DNA of 64,000 nt from Mytilus trossulus (taxonomy: Eukaryota): assembly GCF_036588685.1 (NCBI RefSeq), contig NC_086376.1, forward strand, positions 5,332,001-5,396,000, in the 5' to 3' direction. Under the pieces are notes generated by a model. The model worked only from the letters and a program-made list of their open reading frames with translations. It did no database searches and was not told the DNA's origin. A program made the position numbers and the translations under genes. How positions within the stretch are numbered: position 1 is the stretch's first letter; each line of letters begins with the position of its first letter. Below, piece after piece: positions 39,385 through 49,460 of the stretch.

Positions 39385-39854
39385 ACCTTAAGTGTTTTAT
39401 CAGAAGGATTTTCGAATTCACTCTTACGGATCTAAATGTGTTTTTGTTACAGATAAGACACCCAATTCGTCAGTGAAATTATTTAAGAATTCTAATTTGT
39501 TTCTAATACTACGGATATTTAAATTACATATTGATATGGATTTATCGATTTCAAGACATCTGACACTAGAGGGTGTACTCGATATGTTATTTTCATATGG
39601 ATCAGGTTCTTTTTCCAATATTACCGACACTCAGAAAATACAAACAGCAGAAATGATAATGTTAGTTATTTGGATATTTTGACAGTAGACATGCTTGTGA
39701 AAGAAAACAGAAGTAGCAATGTAAGTTATTTATTATTTCTAAATATGTATAATAATGACAATGAAGATATATTATGTGTCCTGCTTTTCCTCTTGCTACA
39801 TGTACAATGAGATAAGCCAATGGCTGCCCTGTAATCATCAATGCTGACTCCCAT
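39385..39854 (-). mobile_element. Same LINE, upstream part (ORF start and APE N-terminus)
   Basis: ATG at 39854 reads MGVSIDDYRAAIGL; then ICNLNIRSIRNKL..LSVTKTHLD; reading resumes on the far side of the Gypsy. Confidence 0.78.
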
Positions 39855-40302
39855 ATTTTGTAAGCTGTACTGTAATTAAGAATAACCTAGTGCATTGTTT
39901 TTTGGGGTAACTGGCACACATCATCAGAAGAACAAATATATGAAATAATAATTAAACAAGAAAAATAAGAAATAAAAGTGTTGGAAAAACAAATGGGTAT
40001 CATAATACCTGGAGTCATACTTGATGATAAAATGGGATTTTACTTAGTTTTTACTACTTTTGTAAATCATTGTGAACCGTAATCTAGCCATTATGTATTA
40101 CTATTAGAGACAAGTTATGTGACTTTTTAAGGTCAAAGATATAGTTGGTTGAAAAATAATCCTCCACATACATGTATCTAGTATTAAAATTGACCCGTTC
40201 TTACTTGCACCTTGAATATACAGTTTTACATGGTATGCAAACATGTCACATATATATAATCAAACATGAATATTGTGTACAATTTGTGATGCTTATATAC
40301 TT

Positions 40303-43221
40303 ATAGATTATTACATGGCATTTTCCATATGGCCCTGGTATCAGCCCTAGACTCCCATATCAAGCCAGAGGGCTTTAGCCCGAGGGCTTGATATGGGTCG
40401 TGGGCTGATACCATGGACCATATGAAAAATAACATGTAATAATCTATTTATCACATATTTTTAAGCAAGAGAAAACAAATAGCTTACACCAAATTATGTT
40501 TGATATTTCTTCAAAAATCAAAAAGATATTTAACAGAAAAAAAAAGAAAAAATGTATCACTGTGAGTAAAAAAAAAAGTTCGTATTACAGTAGGTAAACA
40601 ACGTTTTGTGAAAAGTTTCAGAAATAATTAACAATAAAAATATTAATTCAAAGAATTGCAAATATATGTTGAAAATGCTTAAGAAGAATCCTATATCGCT
40701 ACTCATTCCAGTGTGGCTTCATATATTTTCTAAATTCTTTATGACGTAAAAGTTTTAAGAACACTTATTTTCCCCTTGCCTTACCCCATTATTACATGGA
40801 AAATAATCAGACTTGCTGTTATTAAAAATAATATTTGATTTAATATCTTTGTACATACTTTGAATCACATTTAACATTTTCCCATTTACATTGTTTAACA
40901 GTAGTTTATGCCAAAGTCCATCCCTCCAAATTTTGTCAAAAGCCTTTTCAAAATCTATAAATGCACAATAAAGTTTTTTCTTTCTTTTCTTCAAAAGTTC
41001 AAACAAAGAATGTAATATAAATAAATTATCCATAGTGCTATAGCCTTGCCTAAAGCCACATTGTGTTTCATGTAAAATTAGGAAATCGTCAGAATATTTG
41101 TTCAAACGCGCGGTTAGAATAGCCGTAAACAGTTTACCCAAACAACTGACAATGGTAATTGGCCGAAAATTTTTAGGATTATTTCGGTCTCCTTTATTCT
41201 TGAATATTGGTATGATATTACCAACTAACCAACTCTCTGGTACAAATCCGGTATCAAATATCAAATTAAATAATGTTTCATAAATATCGATAAGCTGGTT
41301 TGAAGTTGCTTTTATGTATTCATTTATAACAGCATCTTCACCACAAGATTTATCGTTTTTCAAATATTTAATACATTTCAAAATTTCTCCTTTTTCTATA
41401 TACAAATTCAAGTCATAATTAAGTTGATTAACCTGCTCTTCGTCGAGAGGTGATAAATCAGCTCCATTTTCATCCGTTGGAGAAGCATTTAGATCCTTAA
41501 AGAAATCAAATAATTTCTCTATTGTGATATCCGGTTGTTTTTTACGCTTTTCCTGGTTAAGTACTTTCCAATAGTCTCTAGAATTTTTGTTCTCAATTCT
41601 TTCAATTTTTTTGAAAGATTTTGTCGGTATAATCTATGATTTTTGTCGATAGTTTTCTTGTATATGTTTTCCGATCCAGCCAAATTGGATCTATTTACTG
41701 TAGTTCGATTTTTTTAAAATTTTCGTCTAAATTTACGATAATTTTGTCTCGCAAATTTACATTCTCGGTTAAACCAGGGTTTACTCATAGACGATTTCTG
41801 ACGTGTTTTCCCGTTTTTACTATGAGAAATGCCAAATGTAGCTTTTGCACTTTCTATAAAAATTTCACATAGTTTCTCAACATGTATATTTACATTTACA
41901 TCAACCCTTGGTTTTTTCAGGTTATACAAAAGATCTTTTATTTTACCTTGGTTTATATTTTGCTGAAATTCTATCAATTTATCACTGTCCCACTTTCTTA
42001 TCCTTTCTACACTTTCTTCTATATAATCAGGTACCTCACATCCTTCTACATTTGTTGCATACACACTAATAGACAATGGACAATGTACATCAGAAAATAA
42101 TTTTGAAAAATCTACTACTTCCAAAGTACAAAATCTATTTATAAAATTCACATTACTAATGCAATAATCTACAACACTTGCATTCCTGCAAGTCAACTTT
42201 CCTTCCTTGTCACCATTTATCCTCCCATTTTGTATAAAACAGTTATTCCCCTTGCAAAAGTCCAATAATAAAGAACCATACCTATTTTTTCCAATATCTC
42301 TATTTTTTCTTTCCCTCGGAATATCTAAAAAGTCCAAAATGGACACACTATTTTCTATTAAATCAGAGAAATTATTTGAAGGATCATGTGAGTCTAAAGT
42401 ACGAAAATCTTTCTCTGATGCTGTTCGACCATTAAAATCTCCAACCAAACTGACAAATTTATATCGTGATGACAAGTCCAGAAACTCATTTTCAATCTGA
42501 CTAAAAGCATCCCAAGATGCATAAGACGTGTACTCTGGTGGAATATACACAAGTCCAAAAACTGTATCGGTATCAGTGTTCATAATTTTAGAACTTATCT
42601 TGAACCAAAAAACAAACTTGCTACATGTATCAATTACCTCAGTGAAGTGTTCATATTTCTGTTTGTAACCAAGTAGTATTCCACCAGATTTCACTTTTGC
42701 AATTTTTTTTCTATTTTAAAATTTAAATATATAACCTGGTAGTTTTATTTCATCTCTATCATCCAGATTGGTTTCAACTAAGCATATAATGTCATGACTT
42801 CTTAACAAAGTTTCAAATTCAGGATATTGTAGTTTTTTAATAATTCCACAACAATTAAGTGATAAAATATTGAGCATATCAGGAGATGTACTTTTTAAAC
42901 CACTATTTGACATATCTAAATTTTCTGTATCAAAAGAAGCATTTGTATCATAGAAACTGTCTGTAGTCATAATTACATTTTTATCAATAACATTTTGATT
43001 GTCAATATTTTCGGTTTGATCAACCTCATCAATTTTACTTTTTAATTTTGTTTTGTTAACATTCAAAACAGGTTTATTAATGTCATTTAATAACTCGGGG
43101 GCTTGATATGGATTTCGAGGGCTGATATCGATATCGGCCCCGAGGGCTGATAACCAACCTTGACTTCCGGCTATTATTGGCCATGCAAAAACGTACATAT
43201 CAGTACAAAATATGTGATAAA
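40303..43221. mobile_element. Non-autonomous element with a 145-bp terminal palindrome and 15-bp subterminal inverted repeats, enclosing the LINE fragment
   Basis: Palindrome 40303-40447; TTTATCACATATTTT at 40447-40461 vs AAAATATGTGATAAA at 43207-43221; partial copy of a palindrome arm at ~43097-43150. Confidence 0.7.
40765..43095 (-). mobile_element. Internal fragment of a non-LTR retrotransposon (APE + N-terminal RT; possibly RTE-X-like), frameshifted
   Basis: LSLNCCG..ICLVET..SGGI..VYIPP..VGDFNGRT..VVDYC..SDVHCP (APE); KSCGED..FRPITI..QCGFR..FIDFEKAFD..GVRQGEN, then stops abruptly. Confidence 0.9.
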
Positions 43222-44264
43222 ATTTTGTAAAGAATTCAATCATTATCTATAATTGGCAAGTTGCCGATAATGTTTAATTAAAAACAAAAAGATACTTTTA
43301 TAACAGTATATACACGGAAAATATGTTTATATACATATCTACAAATTATGTTATCTTGTGTTATGATATTGTTTTTGTGTTTGAGTTATGCATTGAAATA
43401 TGAAATGATCCTTTGAATTGTTGAATTTTATATATTAAATATGGAAAAAGTAATTTAGGGAGGCGTTTTTGGAAATGGTTTATAGACCCAGGTTGTTATC
43501 TGGTTATCAGAATAACTAGAAGAAAATCAGTTATCAAGTTTAACATGTTTAACTGATTATACCAGTTATCATAACTTTATGTATAACAGAACAAAACAGA
43601 GAAAAAAAACAGAGAAAAAAAAACTTAACGTGTCAGAAAATAATTTATCAAACATAAATAAAAAATGAAATGAAATGCATAATGTCTAGGTTATATATCG
43701 GTAAACATTATTTTGTTATCAAGTTATTAATAAATGATATTTTTTACACAGTCACCAATTAGTCATGATTTCTTGAGTGCTGATTTGCACTGTCTGATTG
43801 ATTGTCAGGTTGATTGTCAGAAGCAGCAGTCCTTTTAAGTAGCTGTTTGAGTTTGCCGAGGTCTTGTCAATTCTATATAATTATCTTTCTGCTGTTTTGG
43901 GATTTTTTTTACGAATATTTGAACTAATACTTATTTAACATTCACATATGCTGCTAAAAGTTGACTATGCAACAATCAGATTATAACTCAATGCAGAAAA
44001 ATTTATATAACATTAAGATAAGGGTATTCGCCAATAAGACAAACAAAACCAACAACACATCTAGCGATTTGTATAAAATAAATCAATAAATAAACTACAT
44101 GTATGCATTGATGACATCTAATGAACACTGCAACATACCAAATGAGGGTCACTAGTGAGGGTAACAGAATAAAGAAAGATGGGGGAAAAAAATATAAAAA
44201 TTGAAAAAATTATCAACAAAATGAAATATACAACAATGAGGTACTAAAATTTTACGAATAGAGC

Positions 44265-44421
44265 AAACAGGGCAATAATGATAAAACAAATAGAGGAAAC
44301 AGGGCAATAATGATAAAAAAAATAGAGGAAACAGGGCAATAATGATAAAACAAATAGAGGAAACAGGGCAATAATGATAAAACAAATAGAGGAAACAGGG
44401 CAATAATGATAAAACAAATAG
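44265..44421. repeat. 32-bp minisatellite, ~5 copies
   Basis: Unit AAACAGGGCAATAATGATAAAACAAATAGAGG. Confidence 0.92.
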
Positions 44422-46159
44422 AACACCGTAAAGACCCTCGCAAACGGGTCGTTCATAATTTGCAATTTATTTCAATTTTAACAAATGTTTAAAGTAAAGT
44501 TTCATTTCTCAACAAATCAATGTTACATACAATGAAACCTTTATGCATCTTTCATGGATATGAATGTAATATCTTCTGGAGACAACACAGTCAATATGTT
44601 TTAAACTCCCTGCTTTCGTTTTTTTTTTTTTTTGGGGGGGGGGGGTTAAAAATAATCTGTTTCGATTTGAAATAAACATTCTTATCGCTTCCCGTTTACA
44701 ACAAAATAGAGGGTAGGAATACTTTTTCAAAAGCCCTAAAATCTTCACTGAACACATCATTAGATTAACATGTTTACAATAAGGTATTATCAACATCTTA
44801 GTGTACTTAGCAATACTTTCGTTAACAACAATATATCGATCACTGAATATATGAGAAAATATGAAAAATAGTAAGGTTTATGTATCATAAATACATTGTA
44901 TAAACTTCGAATTCCGGGCCATTTTCATAAGGGATTTGGGGTGCACTGGTATCCATACTGAGATTGGGCCTGCTCTAGTAACTCTCTTATTGTTTAACAA
45001 AAGGGAGGTCCATGCCCCCTGTAGTCCGCTACTGGATAGGTCTTCAAACCTTTCGATTTGTCCCTGCAAGTGAAACAAATAAGAGGGAAATTTGCACTCC
45101 ATCTTCAGAATAAAACTAAATAATTGAAAATTCAAATGACCCCCCCCCCCTTTTACCCCTAACGCAAACACAGAAAATAGGGTTTTGCATGCCCGAAGTT
45201 CCTCATATCTTCCTCCATACTGTTTGATCCTAACGGTTACAATAGAGCGTTCAGTCATTTGTGTAAACATAAACAAATAAAAGAATATAGTAGCATGAAT
45301 TCCATGAGTGTAAAAATTGAGCACTTTTCGGTATACACAACAACGGGATTGGGAAATATAAATTTATTTGTACAATGAAGTACATGTACATTACTACCCT
45401 ATCATCATATGCTATCTCTCGTTTTGTTTTATTATATGTGATTTTAAGAAAATTACGATGATTGTTAATATTTTTTATAAAACAATAAAAAAACGAATTA
45501 TTAGTATTTTATTATTCATATAATTAATAATCAATTATCTTAATATATACGGGCCCTTTTATCTCGATATCCATAATTTCATATTTCATCCAACCTGGAA
45601 ATTATTTTTCTAACTTCATATTTTATCTCGTTCGTACCAAGCTTGTTTAACCTAGTCATGAGAATACATAAAAAAAAGTTGACTGGACGTAGAAACTATA
45701 AAGCACAGGCGGGCTTTTGGGCAGGGACCCCCTTTTGTGGGAAACATTTGGTTGATCATTGAAGGAATCGCTGAATTATGACTGGACCGGTCCCCTCTCG
45801 GGCAGTCAGTCCCCCCTTTTTATAAAAAGTCCTGGATCCGCCACTGTTAATATCTTAATATGCGTTATCATTGCCTTTCATTGTAGCTCGATAAGCACAG
45901 TTAACTGAAGACTGGTCTACAAGTTTGGAAAAAAGATACAAATACTGTTTAATTTCCATACAATGAGACCAATGTATCATTTCCACCAAAGTCGCAACTG
46001 ACCTTTTCTGAGTTTGTGTACACATATGATACACATGATATACATGTGAAGTATGCCTGCATGATAAATGTTCAAAAACATACACATTTTCATCACAAAA
46101 ATAACAATTCTTATAAACTAAATAAAACACACATAAAAAAGCAAATATGATTCTTCACA

Positions 46160-46415
46160 CTGTAATAAACATTATACAATGTAATAAACATTAAACAAAG
46201 AAATAAACACAGTAATAAACATTTATTTATACAAAGTAATAAACATTATACAAAATGTAATACACATTATACATACAAAGTAATAAACATTATACAAAAT
46301 GTAATACACATTATACAAAGTATTAAACATTATACAAAGTATTAAACATTATACAAAGTAATAAACATTATACAAAGTAATAAACATTATACAAAGTATA
46401 AAATAATATACAAAA
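46160..46415. repeat. 19-20-bp minisatellite
   Basis: Unit GTAATAAACATTATACAAA, roughly a dozen imperfect copies. Confidence 0.9.
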
Positions 46416-46440
46416 CATTTTTTGTCATCAAGTAAAAACT

Positions 46441-47224
46441 CGGTGCTTTGCTTTTGCGCCAATTGGCATTTCATTTGCGCCAAAAAAAAATCTTTCATTT
46501 GCGCCACAAACAATATTTTATATGCGCCAAAATAAAACCTTTTAATTGCGCCAATATTACAGGTAAATAGTATAAAACATATATATTTAAAAAAAAAAAA
46601 AAAAGACTTGATAATTCAAGTTTGTACCATTGATGTATTCATGTCTTGAAAATTCCTGCTCTCAACCATATTGATAAAAGATAGTCCATTTTTTCATGAA
46701 CTGCAGTCCATTTCAGTTGTTATAATTGCTTTGCAAGGTTTATTTCTATTCGGGGTACACATACACGACTTGGTCTCCATTTTTCAGAACGTATGATCTG
46801 ATAATAAACCAAAAGTGTGGTCATCAAATATTACACACTTTTAAATTATTCTCCTGTTTTATGTCGAAATTGAAAATGTCCATCTTGACACCTCGAACAT
46901 TTGAACACTATATATAATTATAAACTTTAGTGACTCTCAGCTTCTGAAATGAGTGTGGCATTGAACTCATCCCAATTATAAACCTTAGTGACTCTCGGCT
47001 TCAGAAATGAGTGTGGCATTGAACTCACCCCATTATCTAGAGAAATACTGTAGAGAAAAACCTTTTAGAGCAATGCATATTTAACGCTTCCGTTATTGCT
47101 GACCTGAATTACCTGTAAAATGGTGCAAATGAAGTTTCTATTTTTTGACGCAAATGAAATATTACCTTGTGGCGCAAATGAAAGATTGTAATTTTCAAAA
47201 ATTGGCGCAAATGCAATGCGCCCG
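46441..47224. mobile_element. MITE with repeated TTTGCGCCA subterminal motifs
   Basis: CGGTGCTTTGCTTTTGCGCCAATT / AATTGGCGCAAATGCAATGCGCCCG; internal ~60-bp duplication at 46916-47035. Confidence 0.7.
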
Positions 47225-47861
47225 TAAAAAACAATTTTAACAGAATCAATATACGAAACACTTTTTAAATCTTCCTCCCCTAGAAAATCAGATTTCCGTA
47301 CCAGATCATCTAAAATTCACAATATAGATGTAATATTATTAGTCAATATAATATAAATCAGAAATGAAAATGACAGTTACTTTTGTTACATGTAGGCAGC
47401 GAAAATAAACAGTTTAATATAAGAAATTGACGATAAATCCGTGACCTTCTTTTACATTTAGAAAAAGAATACAGAGTTTTCATCAACATTTATTTAGGCA
47501 ATAGCTCTTCCGAGCACACAGTTTTTCAAAAGGATTTTTTTCCTCCAAAATGTTAATAATGAAATGTGCTAATAAACTAGTTTTCTTATCTATTTTAGTG
47601 ATTTATTTGAGATTCATATTTACATGTATTGAAAAGCATGTGAAGAAGTGTAAATTGAAGATTGCATTTTTTTTGTATTATCATAGATACATGTGTAATG
47701 ATATCTGTGAAAAAGTGGACCAGTAATGTATATAAATTTGTCAACTTCCTTCTTTGCCGCATTTGATGAATATATATTTACAATGAACATCCGACATTGA
47801 ATATTAAATAAAATTAAATATTAAAGCAGAAGACGAATATATATACAGAGATATATAATAA

Positions 47862-48284
47862 ATATATTTCTCTAATTCTATGGAAATTTATCCCTTTTCG
47901 AACCCATTGTATAAAAAAATTTAATCAACGTGTGGTTGCTGGTGATCTCAGAAGATCATTGGATGATTTTAAGGGTCATGACCTTTTTGGCTGACTGGAT
48001 GAACCAAAATATGATAACAGGTGTTAATGAAATTGACAACTTCGTGCAATGTGAAAGGCACTCGAAGGGGATTTTCGGTAAACAAAAAAAGAAAATGTCT
48101 TTTTAATCATTAGAGAAACAGATTCTTACATAGTTACTCGTGGATTATCGGATTTATCCAATCTCGATAGTTAAATTATAAATTTTAAAGTACTCGCCGA
48201 GGCGGCTCGAACTTTAAAATTGATAATTTAACTATCTCGATTGGATAAATCCGATAATCCACTGGTATCAATGTAAGAATCTAT
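47862..48284. mobile_element. Short element of the same architecture (short IR pair plus 163-bp terminal palindrome)
   Basis: TTTCTCTAAT 47867-47876 / ATTAGAGAAA 48109-48118; palindrome AGATTCTTACAT...ATGTAAGAATCT 48120-48282. Confidence 0.7.
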
Positions 48285-48410
48285 ATGTATATGCCTCTAT
48301 TATTGTTGTTGTTACCAATTATGTAAATCAATTGTATCTGATTTTCTGCCTTTTATGGGCCCTGTAATTTGGGAAATAAAAATATTCTATTCTATTCTAT
48401 TCTATTCTAT
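48285..48410 (+). mobile_element. Very short LINE-type 3' tail with (TTCTA)n end
   Basis: GGGCCC..GGAAATAAAAATATTC(TATTC)n; similar tails end at ~14500 and ~28485. Confidence 0.6.
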
Positions 48411-49172
48411 ACAGAGATATACAGTTATGTGCCCTATATACATTTTGTATAATTAAATACCGTTTCACATAGTGACCAAATAACAAAAACAAACGTGAAC
48501 TTTCCTGTATTTGGATCATTTTGAACAATTATTCCGGGGCCGCTTTCATCTATTTTATCAGAGTTCCGTGCTATTCCGTTCCGAATCAGTATCTACAATC
48601 AAATTACAAGAAAGCTATAATAAATCACTGCACATTTCTCAAGTTAAAATTTATTAATTAAGTCATGCAAACAGGTACGTTCAAGCCTGTCAAGTGATAC
48701 GCCAAACAAAATGGCGTTAGTAGAAAGAATATTAAATGATAAATAGTAAAATATATGTTCCAAAAAATATATTCATTTTGAAAAACGATAAAAATAGAAA
48801 ACTCCAACTGATCGAGATATGAACGAAGGTTGAGATCCTCAAGTAGTTAGTTGAACCCGCCACATATGTATAAATATGTGCCATGTCGCGAGTTTGTCAC
48901 GAGTTTCGTCAGAAATTGATTTTTATTCTATTTTTAAGAGAATTGTGGGTTGATGACACATATTTGATAATTTCTGTTTGATTTACTTGGGACGATGAAG
49001 CGCTTGGCATATTGTCTGTATAGTGATGACGACGTTCTATTGACCTTTACATGTCCTTTCGTCGTTTGTGTTGCTCGGTTGCTGTATCTATTACATGAAA
49101 CACAATATCAATTTATTCCACAGTGACAAATTTTCAGCTCATAGGTATTAATTAAATGAATTCAATCATACC

Positions 49173-49460
49173 TCAGTTATATAAAGCTTTGTGTACGAAC
49201 TCTACTATATCTGTGGTTAGCTGCAGTGCATGTTCAGCCATGGGTTTAGTATACAAATCAAGTGGAGTCATTGGATAGTTTGACCGTGATGGGTACATCA
49301 TACTTTCTTGTTGGCCTAATAATGTTGTAAGCTGTGTTACATGTGTCTGTACCTCGCCATCAAAGTACCTTACGAGATTAAGAAGATTTCTTGTTCTTAA
49401 GATGTCCGTATTATTTGCATCCCTATTGTAATGAAGTGCTTTTAGAGCTTTTTCGGTAGC
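49173..49460 (-). CDS. Terminal exon of the sacsin-like gene (rest of HEPN), absent from the ORF track
   Basis: CAG|GCT ACC GAA AAA GCT CTA AAA GCA = ATEKALKALHYNRDANNTDILRTRNLLNLV...MMYPSRSNYPMTPLDLYTKPMAEHALQLTTDIVEFVHKALYN*; 288 nt. Confidence 0.88.
   Translation of the reverse strand, partial: ATEKALKALHYNRDANNTDILRTRNLLNLVRYFDGEVQTHVTQLTTLLGQQESMMYPSRSNYPMTPLDLYTKPMAEHALQLTTDIVEFVHKALYN

Noticed and set aside
42716-43243. 175-aa ORF as an independent gene
   Set aside because: Chimeric: the N-terminus reads through the DNA-element end and the rest is LINE sequence leading into the APE domain
44265-44421. 32-bp repeat as a CRISPR array
   Set aside because: Head-to-tail units with no spacers, eukaryotic context; the overlapping ORFs 44152-44465 are repeat artefacts
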